Part shown: piece by piece, positions 14,534 through 23,100 of the stretch | Layout: every line of letters begins with the position of its first letter | Position numbering within the stretch: the stretch's first letter is position 1 | Source of the DNA: Obrimoposthia wandeli | Lineage: Eukaryota | DNA length: 64,000 bases | Assembly: GCA_977020255.1 (NCBI GenBank) | Contig: CDROCS010002180.1 | Location: 434,001-498,000 of the forward strand | Direction: 5' to 3' | Translations under genes and position numbers: made by a program | Notes under the pieces: model-generated | The model's database searches: none | What the model saw: only the letters and a program-made list of their open reading frames with translations | Told to the model about the DNA's origin: nothing

Positions 14534-15187
14534 TTATAAGCGAACTTGTCCATCAGTAATTTTCCAGATTGGTTTATGAAGACCTGTACAGTTGATTTTG
14601 TATCCCTGTATTGAAATGACGATCATCCATTTGAGTCCAGTTTCCATATTGTCAACATTAAAGTCGTGATCTCGCTTGAAAAGATTAGGATCAGCTCGAA
14701 TTATTATATGATTCCCAACTATAATGTTGAGATGCATCGACGCGAAAGTTGTGTTAAGATCATCAATATCTGATGGATTTAATCTATGTATCTTGAAATC
14801 GTATTTTGACTTATTCAGAGCCACCGGAAACATGAATCCATATATGATTGGAGTCTTCAAAAAATTCATTTGCCAGTTATAAAACATAACCGGCTTGGTT
14901 TACTTCAAATCGTTAGACTCAAATATTACACCTGATGGTCTATTGTTGATGAACGGTTTCTTATGTTTGAGTGTAGAAACTATATCATCAATAAAGAGAT
15001 CCTCATTTGTTGCTTGCTTCTCAATCTTGATAGTCTTGGATAGTTTGTTGTTGTTGCTTGTCATAGTTTGCTTCTTTGGTTTTGATATAAAAACTACATC
15101 ATCATCATCGGTATCCACATCTGTGTCTGTAAGCCTTGTTGTTGGTGACTTCTCGAACTTAAGAGATTTAGTTTGTTTAGAGTTCAT
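14534..15187 (-). pseudogene. Polinton leftward gene (~217 aa): acidic/Lys-rich N-terminus plus globular C-terminal domain, one in-frame TAA
   Basis: ORFs 14900-15187 and 14534-14887 share a frame and are separated only by TAA at 14900-14902 (..ESNDLK*TKPVMFY..). Confidence 0.7.
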
Positions 15188-15189
15188 AT

Positions 15190-15313
15190 CAAAATAATGA
15201 ATTCTATACCAAAAGTGGTAGCTTATATATATATCATCATACTCGATTCTGATTGGATAATCTTTAGCTTAAAAATTTTATATATAGATTGGGTTATTTC
15301 CATTAATTCAATC
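15190..15313. promoter_or_regulatory. divergent promoter between leftward gene and TBP-like gene
   Basis: TATATATA runs at ~15224-15233 and ~15279-15286, each ~35-45 nt from an ATG; ATTGGATAAT at 15252-15261 and a second ATTGG at ~15288. Confidence 0.55.
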
Positions 15314-15806
15314 ATGAATCTTGCAAATATTAATTATAAAGGTAAAGTTAAAGGAGACATCAGTCACTTACCCTACAAAGCCGGGAAACCATGTCAGTAC
15401 GTGCACAGGTGTAAGGATTATACCCTTATAATCTTCCGTTCAGGTATGTTTTTATGTTAGTTAGTTAGTTAGTTAATTATTAGGAGCATGCATGATAATG
15501 GGTTGCAAGAAACCTATTACTACAACTATGCTCAAGTGTCCATTTAGAATAAAGATTGATCGTATTCAATCAGTAACGGTTACTGTCGATTTAGGTAAGA
15601 AGGTGAACCTATACAAGTTGTCTCAAAAGTGTGGAGCTGCATGCATGTTCGAACCTGAGTTGTTTCCTGCTTTGAGGTTTACAAAACACAATCTTCTGTG
15701 CGTCAACATATTTGCAAGCGGGAAAGTGGTCATACTCGGTCTCAAGGATTTGGATTATAACTTTGATGTGACTTTGATAATAACTGATATTTTACTTTTG
15801 ATATAA
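15314..15806 (+). CDS. TATA-box-binding protein (TBP)-like protein, 150 aa, join(15314-15443,15484-15806)
   Basis: Spliced product has both TBP repeats: TLIIFRSGACMIMGCK (cf. TALIFSSGKMVCTGAK) and FEPELFPAL...VNIFASGKVVILGLK (cf. YEPELFPGL...LIFVSGKVVLTGAK); the 40-bp GTATGT...TTAG intron restores the frame. Confidence 0.92.
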
Positions 15807-15848
15807 ACAATAAATTTTAGTTGAATTTTTATTCTTACATGATTTGAA

Positions 15849-16748
15849 ATGCTAGTTGATTATATACTTCATTATACAACTGTTGATGATGTTTTAGTTA
15901 GACGAAAAGTAGGTTATTCTAGAATGAAAGTTTTACACTGGAAATATAGACGTGAAAGTGAAAGATTAAGATCATTAATTATAAATTTTAAAGGGAAACA
16001 ATCTGTAAATGATTTAGCTAAAGCCGGATTTTATAAACATGATGATGATTCAACCGATAAAGTAAAATGTATATACTGCCAAGGTGCGTTATCCGAATGG
16101 GAATGGTATCTTAAACCAATGAAGCAACATATGAAATTTTTTCCTACATGTCCATTTCTTTTAAAGTTAAATGTTTCAAATGGACCAATAATTGAAACTA
16201 TGGACAAGAAAATCGATTTTGATACATCACCATTGATTGGAAAAGTACATGTATCAGATATTGATATAAAATTACCTGATATATGCTATTCAAAATGTTT
16301 AGGACCCTATAATGAGGCTAATGTTATTGAGAAAATCGAAACAGATTGTATAATTGAATATCCTTTGACTATTGAGAAATTCGATATGTTGATGGATACA
16401 AACCAAATCAGATATTTGAAAAGGTTTTTCACAAAAGATAGAATAAAATCTGTTTTAAAATATAAAATGATACGATATGGTGAATACAATTCACTATTTG
16501 AATTGCTTTGTGATTTATCTAATTTAGAAATGAAACCTGAAAAACAATATATAAATATACTTTCATACATTTTAAAGGAACCCGAATGTGTAGTATGTTT
16601 AAATAATCATATTGAAGTAGTATTTCTCCCTTGTGGACATGTAAATACATGTATATCATGTTCTAGAATGTTACATTCATGTCCAGTATGCAGATGTCTG
16701 ATCGAACGGAGAGTAAGAAATGTAAAATTTCATGGTATAAACAATTGA
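15849..16748 (+). CDS. iap: inhibitor of apoptosis (IAP): one BIR domain plus C-terminal RING, 299 aa, intact
   Basis: BIR: LAKAGFY..DKVKCIYCQGALSEW..PMKQHMKFFPTCPF; RING: CVVCLNNHIEVVFLPCGHVNTCISCSRMLHSCPVCR. Confidence 0.95.
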   Translation: MLVDYILHYTTVDDVLVRRKVGYSRMKVLHWKYRRESERLRSLIINFKGKQSVNDLAKAGFYKHDDDSTDKVKCIYCQGALSEWEWYLKPMKQHMKFFPTCPFLLKLNVSNGPIIETMDKKIDFDTSPLIGKVHVSDIDIKLPDICYSKCLGPYNEANVIEKIETDCIIEYPLTIEKFDMLMDTNQIRYLKRFFTKDRIKSVLKYKMIRYGEYNSLFELLCDLSNLEMKPEKQYINILSYILKEPECVVCLNNHIEVVFLPCGHVNTCISCSRMLHSCPVCRCLIERRVRNVKFHGINN

Positions 16749-16766
16749 AATTTATGATTTATATAA

Positions 16767-17033
16767 ATGGATGAAAACAATAAATTAGTTGATGATGCAG
16801 TCGAGGAAATTATAAACGGAACAATAAATGGAGTTCAATACTTTTCTAGTTTTGATGGACTTTCTCGTAATAATATAAAGGAAATTGTTTGCACCCATGT
16901 CTATAGAGATATCAAACGGATAAAGGATTTTGAAATATTCGTTCAAATTAATCGTTCAAACATGATGTATATAACCTTTTCTGCGTCAATTTTTAATTCT
17001 CTGTTGTTGTATATATTAATAAAACGTATATAA
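16767..17033 (+). CDS. hypothetical Polinton protein, 88 aa
   Basis: ATG-initiated ORF filling the gap between IAP and ATPase; TATAAACAAT 31 nt upstream. Confidence 0.6.
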   Translation: MDENNKLVDDAVEEIINGTINGVQYFSSFDGLSRNNIKEIVCTHVYRDIKRIKDFEIFVQINRSNMMYITFSASIFNSLLLYILIKRI

Positions 17034-17063
17034 ACAATCGTTTCTTTTGATTTATTATTATTG

Positions 17064-17711
17064 ATGATGATAAAACTTAAAAATAACGCGGTTTACCAAA
17101 TAGTAGGACCTAGTGGGAGTGGGAAAACACATTTTGTAACTAAATTACTTCAAAATAAAAACATGTTTGATCAAAAGTTTGGTAGAATATACTGGCATTA
17201 CGGAGGTGTAGGTGAATCTGGTCTAACACGAACAGAATTAGGTAAATTGAAGGGTATTCATTTTATTAATGGTTTTGATAATAAATGGTCTGAGAGGTTA
17301 AATTCAGGAGATGTCATTGTAATTGATGACTTGTATGATGAAGCGAATAAAGAGTCGGGTTTTAATAACCTGTTTACCAAAATAGCTAGACATATAAATG
17401 TAACAGTGATTTTTATCACTCAAAATCTCTTTCATCAAGGCGGTCAACACCGTACTCGGAATTTAAATGTACATTATCTAGTATTATTTAAAAATCCGCG
17501 AGATCAAACGGTTATCGACTTTGTTGCCCGTCAAGCTTTCCCTTGCAATAAGCAATATTTGATTGACGCATTTCAAGATGCTACAACTAACCCTCATGGA
17601 TACTTGTTTTTAGATTTTACACAGGAATGTCCAGACGATTTACGCGTGAGAACCGATATTTTCAATAATGATTTTGTATATAAACAAAAGAAAAGCCTAT
17701 CTACTTGTTAA
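17064..17711 (+). CDS. FtsK/A32-like genome packaging ATPase
   Basis: Walker A GPSGSGKT, Walker B VIVIDD, ARH..VTVIFITQNLF, Polinton-typical HGYLFLDF; intact. Confidence 0.95.
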   Translation: MMIKLKNNAVYQIVGPSGSGKTHFVTKLLQNKNMFDQKFGRIYWHYGGVGESGLTRTELGKLKGIHFINGFDNKWSERLNSGDVIVIDDLYDEANKESGFNNLFTKIARHINVTVIFITQNLFHQGGQHRTRNLNVHYLVLFKNPRDQTVIDFVARQAFPCNKQYLIDAFQDATTNPHGYLFLDFTQECPDDLRVRTDIFNNDFVYKQKKSLSTC

Positions 17712-17713
17712 TC

Positions 17714-18025
17714 ATGTCATTTATGAAAGAAACAATGCCTAGTGGAGTTGGACCTAAATGGAGACCGGGTGATAAATTACACGCTAATGATAACAAATTG
17801 ATGCTAAAGAAGAATGCTCATATTAAAAATCTTATTAAATCAGTGCTTCATCAGCGTAAAGTAGTCGATGAATCATTAAAGAAATCGGTAAAGACAGTAA
17901 AGAGAAAACCTGTAAAAAAGAAACCATTAAAGAAGAAACCTGTTAAGAAAGCAGTTGGAAAGTCGGTTAAGAAGTCGGATAAAAAGCGTGTAAATAAACT
18001 AGTTGGTAAATGGATTAAACTATAA
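17714..18025 (+). CDS. Lys-rich basic protein, putative DNA-condensing core protein
   Basis: KRKPVKKKPLKKKPVKKAVGKSVKKSDKK tract; lies in the virion module; function is inference. Confidence 0.7.
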   Translation: MSFMKETMPSGVGPKWRPGDKLHANDNKLMLKKNAHIKNLIKSVLHQRKVVDESLKKSVKTVKRKPVKKKPLKKKPVKKAVGKSVKKSDKKRVNKLVGKWIKL

Positions 18026-18056
18026 ACAATATTGCAAATAGTTTAATTCATTAAAT

Positions 18057-18385
18057 ATGTTATCAAAATCTATACTTCCCTACTTTCAGGCTTTAATCAA
18101 GGCTCCAAGCATATATAGACCACGTATACTCAAGTCATTTCCACCCTTTGTTATTGATAAGTTGGTTGAAGTTTTGTTTAATATTACAAAAGGTACTGTA
18201 AAAATCGGTAATCATAAACATAACCTTAGAAAACATCAAAAAGCTTTACTTGATTTAGTGAATACTAAAAGTAAAACTGGTAAACGTAGAGTAATTCTAA
18301 AACAAAAAGGTGGTTTTATCGGTGCATTAATACCTATAATTGCTATTTAGTATCTCCTTTGATTGCAAAATTGATAAACTCATAA
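18057..18385 (+). CDS. conserved Polinton small virion protein with QKGG|F motif and hydrophobic C-terminal helix (apparent 1-nt frameshift near 18346)
   Basis: ..KRRVILKQKGGFIGALIPIIA; shifted frame continues LVSPLIAKLINS* to 18385. Confidence 0.75.
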
Positions 18386-18436
18386 ACAAAATGGGTAATA
18401 ACATACCAAACATCGATTTTAAATTCACTTGTTGCA

Positions 18437-19458
18437 ATGGAAACGATATGGTACGATCCCGAAAACCCAGCTGGGTACAGCAGCATTACAAAAGTCAATC
18501 GAGTCAAAAGAAAACTCAGAAATGGCTGAGCAATCAGCTAGCATACAGTCTAAATAAGCCAATGAAGCGGAAGTTCCCGACTCGAGCATACAGAACAAGC
18601 GGTCCTAACGATTTATGGCAGGCCGATTTGATGGAAATGATACCATATGCAAGTATCAATGACGGTAACAAGTATATTTTAACATGTATTGACGTGTTTA
18701 CAAGGTATGCGCGTGCATTACCTGTAAAATCTAAATCAGGTAAGGATATAGAGGCTGCTCTAAGTATAATGATTGATAAAACTGTCCCCATACATGTGCA
18801 AACCGATAAGGGTAAAGAGTTTTACAACAAAAATGTAGGTAGTTTATTAAAAAAATTAAATATTGAACATTACTCTGTAGTTTCACAATTCAAAGCTGCC
18901 CTAGTTGAAAGGTTTAATAGAACATTGAGAGATCGATTAAAAATACATTTTATTGCACAAGGCAATAAAAGATGGGTTGACGTTTTACCAAAAGTAATGA
19001 CTTCATACAATCACAGTAAGCATAGAGGTTTAGACGGATTGAGACCTGTCGATATTAATGATAAAAATGCAATGGAAATTTGGTTGAGTCGTAATCAAGT
19101 CGATAAAGTTAATAAACCCAAACATAAGACTGGTGATTATGTTCGGATATCAAAGTTTAGTGGTAGCCCCTTTATTAAAAACTTTGATCCGAATTGGAGT
19201 GATGAAGTGTTTAGGATAGAGAAAATAGACAAACGTGCAAATCCTGTAATGTACTCTATAGTTGATGATGACTGTAATGTAATAACAGGGAAATTTTATG
19301 AACCTGAATTACAAGTAATTGATAAACCTACACTTTTCCGTATCCAATAAGTCGTAAAATCTAAAGGCGGTGGTAAGAATAAACAATATCTCGTAAAGTG
19401 GCATGGATATTCTGAATCAACATGGATCAAAGCAAGCCAGATAGAGACTTCTATATGA
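18437..19458 (+). pseudogene. retroviral-like (c-int) DDE integrase with C-terminal chromodomain; frameshift ~18495 and premature TAA 19348-19350
   Basis: METIWYDPENPAGYSS N-terminus in another frame; DDE triad WQADL / QTDKG / VERFNRTL; after the stop VVKSKGGGKNKQYLVKWHGYSESTWI (chromodomain). Confidence 0.93.
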
Positions 19459-20585
19459 TTTTACCGAGTAATAGTTGTCCGAAAACTCAACCTAATAATA
19501 TGGCTTCATTATTCACTGTAGATTGGGAGAATCCAATTACGTTAAATGGTAAATGGGAGGCGGCATTAACTGAATTTACGTATACAAACACTCCTGTTAT
19601 TTTAAATAAGGGCAGTGAAATTAATTATTCTATTAAATTCTCCAATCAACAGACTGATCAAATATCTTTATCAGTAATTCATACTCAAGTAGAAGTAGAA
19701 AAGAAAGAACCGCAATTGCATGGTGATAAATCAGAACCAAAAGTTATTAAAAAGACAATTAATAAAATATCAAAACTCACCGTCACGTCTAAAGATAAGA
19801 TTGCAAAGCTTTCTATTTCCTTAATCACAGTTGGTGTAGGTATTGATAAAAAGGATAATGTTGTACTAATAAAATCCGTCAACAACAAAAAATTATATAT
19901 CAAGATGGATGCTGACGCTAAAAATGAATTAGGATTCATTTTCAATACATTAACTTCAGAAAGTTTCGAGTCTGATGATAAAGGAGTTTTACAAGGATCA
20001 ACATCTATCAGACCTGATTGCAGTGCACATAATTTACAATATATGCATTATAAAACCGGTTCATACAACAAGAAAACTGTATTTACAGAAGATTTAAATA
20101 ATAATAATGTAAATGCATTAGTAGCATACATTAAATCTAAATGCGACGTTATATTTAAAAGATTTTATATGGATGATAATGATAAGCTAATAAAATTTGT
20201 ATTAAAGAATGGAATTGAGCATATTGGATTTGATCAACGTTTAATGCATGTATTAGGGTTAGATAAATCACGATTTACGGGCAACGGGTCAGGTAAACCT
20301 CGATTAAATTACGAGTTTGATCACATGTATTCTAGTCTGTGTGAACCTGTAAACGTTGGAGGTCAAATGATACCCTTATTAAAATCTATATGGTTAGATA
20401 AAAATAAAGCACCAGGAGACACGGTTAATATCGCAATATACAGACCCATGTATATCCCTTTAGCATCAAATGTAATCTCAAACATTGAAATTAATATTAG
20501 AAACGATGCAGGTGTTCCAATAAGTTTTTCCAACAATGCAAAAGTATCCCTTACCATACATGTCCGTTGTATAGATCAGGTATAA
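19422..20585 (+). CDS. minor capsid protein (penton), intact, 387 aa
   Basis: Polinton-typical N-terminus DFYMILPSNS..NNMASLFTVDWENPITLNGKWEAALTEFTY and C-terminal MYIPL..IEINIRNDAG..VSLTIH. Confidence 0.88.
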   Translation: MDQSKPDRDFYMILPSNSCPKTQPNNMASLFTVDWENPITLNGKWEAALTEFTYTNTPVILNKGSEINYSIKFSNQQTDQISLSVIHTQVEVEKKEPQLHGDKSEPKVIKKTINKISKLTVTSKDKIAKLSISLITVGVGIDKKDNVVLIKSVNNKKLYIKMDADAKNELGFIFNTLTSESFESDDKGVLQGSTSIRPDCSAHNLQYMHYKTGSYNKKTVFTEDLNNNNVNALVAYIKSKCDVIFKRFYMDDNDKLIKFVLKNGIEHIGFDQRLMHVLGLDKSRFTGNGSGKPRLNYEFDHMYSSLCEPVNVGGQMIPLLKSIWLDKNKAPGDTVNIAIYRPMYIPLASNVISNIEINIRNDAGVPISFSNNAKVSLTIHVRCIDQV

Positions 20586-20621
20586 ACAATCTGTATTCAA
20601 AAATAGTTGTGCATTACAGTT

Positions 20622-21028
20622 ATGAATATAATTGAGACATTTAGTGGGCCTCAACAAGGTGGTGAATTACCATATTTTGTAGGTAAACAGTACGGTTCGG
20701 GATGGTTGAAAACATTGGGGCGGTTAGCATTCCCTATACTGAAAAGATTAGGCCGTGTTGGAGTTAAAACAGTTCAAGATGTAATAATGAACAACAAATC
20801 TGTGTTACCAATGCTTAAACAACATGCACTAGGGAAGTTGCCGGAGCCATACCGGAGGCTAAGGAAGCTTTTGGTACAGTTGTTAAAATTATTAAAAATC
20901 GACGTAAACGTAAAGCAAGTGAAGCAGCACAAATGGTTGAACCCGAAACTAAAAAGCAAGAGGGTAGTGGTAGAAAGAAAGCATCTAATATAAACAAACG
21001 AAGAAAACAAGGTACAATATTTGCTTAA
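20622..21028 (+). CDS. Polinton core/cement protein with QQGG and QYGSG motifs and amphipathic helix (pVI-like by inference); frameshift ~20832
   Basis: GPQQGGELPYFVGKQYGSGWLKTLGRLAFPILKRLG; shifted frame gives ..KQEGSGRKK..KRRKQGTIFA* ending just before the hexon ATG. Confidence 0.78.
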
Positions 21029-21030
21029 TA

Positions 21031-22253
21031 ATGGCTTGTGGTAAATCTGAATTATGTATTTTTGATCGAGCTTTGCCTCAGGTAGTTGTAAATAATGGTA
21101 GCTTTGAAGATATATATCCAACAAACAATATTACCGGAACAAGAACATCAGAGATTCTGTTTAAAATCCAAGGTTCAGATATTGAGAACTTAGATTTGAA
21201 TGATACCTTGTTGTTTGTGAAAATTAAAGTAACGAAAACTGATGGTACAGATATAGCTGTTACAGATTATGTGGTCCCATCAAATTTCTTGATGCATTCC
21301 CTATTTAAAAGCATAGATATATCAATGAATAATACTGTAGTAGAAACCCATCCTCAATATGCACAAAAAGCTATGATTGAAACCATACTAAACTATAGCA
21401 CAGACACTAAAGACACTTGTTTGTCGAGTATAGGTTATGATGATACTGAAGATAATCGTAAAGGTTGGGCTGATCGCTCAAAAGAAATTGACTTGTGTGG
21501 GACTCTTCGATCTGATATTTTTGAGCAACCAAAGTATCTCTTACCTGGTGTGTCTATCATGGTAAGACTTGTACCTAATAAATCTATGTTTAGTCTGAAC
21601 TACGGAACGACTCCATCGCGAATCATATTTATTGAAGCTAAACTTAAAGTCAGAAGAGTCAGAGTTGAGAATGATGTTTTAATGGGACATAATATTGGTC
21701 TTGAATCTAGGAATGCTGTATATCCCTATACTCGCACAAAGCTAATGTATCATACCTTAGCCATCGGTTCTACGAGTTTTTACAAGGATCAAGTGTTTGA
21801 TGATGAACAATTGCCTAAATTTGTGTTGATTACGTTGCAAGCAGGTGAAAAACTTATCGGTAATGGTGCTACAGACTCTTCAACATTCGATCATTCTAAT
21901 GTTAACACTATCAGTCTTGCTAGAAACAGTGATTTTAACGAATCTTACAGTACAAACTTTGAAACAGGTGAAACCACCTTTGCATATGTCCAATCTATCA
22001 TTAGAAATATGGGTAATTTGGATAAGAATATAAACAATGGCGTATCACTGGATGAATTCAAAACCAAATATCCATTTTCACGTTTGTTTTAGCCCCTGAC
22101 TTTGATATCACGCAAAACCAATTAGCAAAACAGGGTAATTTACGCCTTGACATCAAGTTTCACAAGTCATTAACAGTCCCAACAAACGTACTGATTTAAG
22201 GGATTTTTGATTCTGAGTTTGAAATAACTAAAGGCCGACGTGTGATTGTATGA
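21031..22253 (+). pseudogene. double jelly-roll major capsid protein (hexon); frameshift ~22078 and in-frame TAA near 22198
   Basis: MACGKSELCIF..LDLNDTLLFVKIKV, SDIFEQPKYLLPGV; shifted frame completes FTFVLAPDF..QGNLRLDIKF..VLI*GIFDSEFEITKGRRVIV*. Confidence 0.92.
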
Positions 22254-22610
22254 AGTGAGTTTTTTAATTTATGTTTTAAGATTTTATTAACAACAAGTAC
22301 TGTTCAGGTGAATGAAATAACTAGTTTGCTGCTCGGACCGCGATTTAAGGGTGTATACCCGTTGGAAATAATCCTAACATTAACGCCTGGTGGATATATT
22401 GTCAATACACATACCTCAAATCTTACTGGAGACCACTGGATTGCGTTATTCGTGAGACGGAATTCTGTACATGTGTATGACCCTCTTGGAGTATACTATC
22501 CGGGAAAACTTATCAAGCATGTAGAGTCTCAAGGAAAACATGTATATTACAACAAAATTCGTTCTCAAAACCCACTGACTACTAATTGCGGTCCACTATG
22601 TATCTTATAA
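22250..22610 (+). CDS. adenain-like cysteine protease, join(22250-22254,22298-22610)
   Basis: Catalytic H (GDHW), D (YDPLG), Q/C (SQ..TTNCG); a 43-bp GTGAGT...TTAAC..AAG intron gives MNTVQVNEI; ATG overlaps the hexon stop (ATGA); TAA at 22610 may be premature. Confidence 0.88.
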
Positions 22611-23100
22611 TTGTATGATCAAACTATATAAATGTCAAACATTTTAATTTGTGTTGATTGGTAATAAAATTTGTATTCAAAATCGTATTTGTTTTATAAA
22701 TAGCTTCAACTACCCAGTCGAAATTTTAAAAAATTTGAGTTTTGATAAATTAAAAAATAGATTTAAAATCTACTAATTAAGAGAAAATTAATGGTGTGAA
22801 TTATTTTTAAAAATTCATAGTCTAACGGTATGAATATCGGTTATGAAAAATATCATAATTGATTGACCGTAATTAACCTTTATGATAACGTGTGTAGCAA
22901 CTAGGGAATAAAGGGTCTTTATGACACATTCCTAGTTTGTAATAATGAAAGTACACACGTGTGTGTGTGCATCTAGGGCAGAAACTACACTGACTGTGAA
23001 CCATATATAAACAATCAGTGTAGATGCATTCATCAATTTTATCACAATTATCAAAAGTAAGTATTTTGATTTTATTTTAATTTTATTATTTTTTTTTTAG

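Noticed and set aside
15173-15313. N-terminal extension of ORF 15173-15460
   Set aside because: Runs through the divergent promoter; TBP similarity begins at ATG 15314.
14895-21124. Antisense or alternate-frame ORFs over Polinton genes (14895, 16307, 18534, 19685, 20363, 20774, 20815)
   Set aside because: Shadow frames of genuine genes, with no motifs or promoters.
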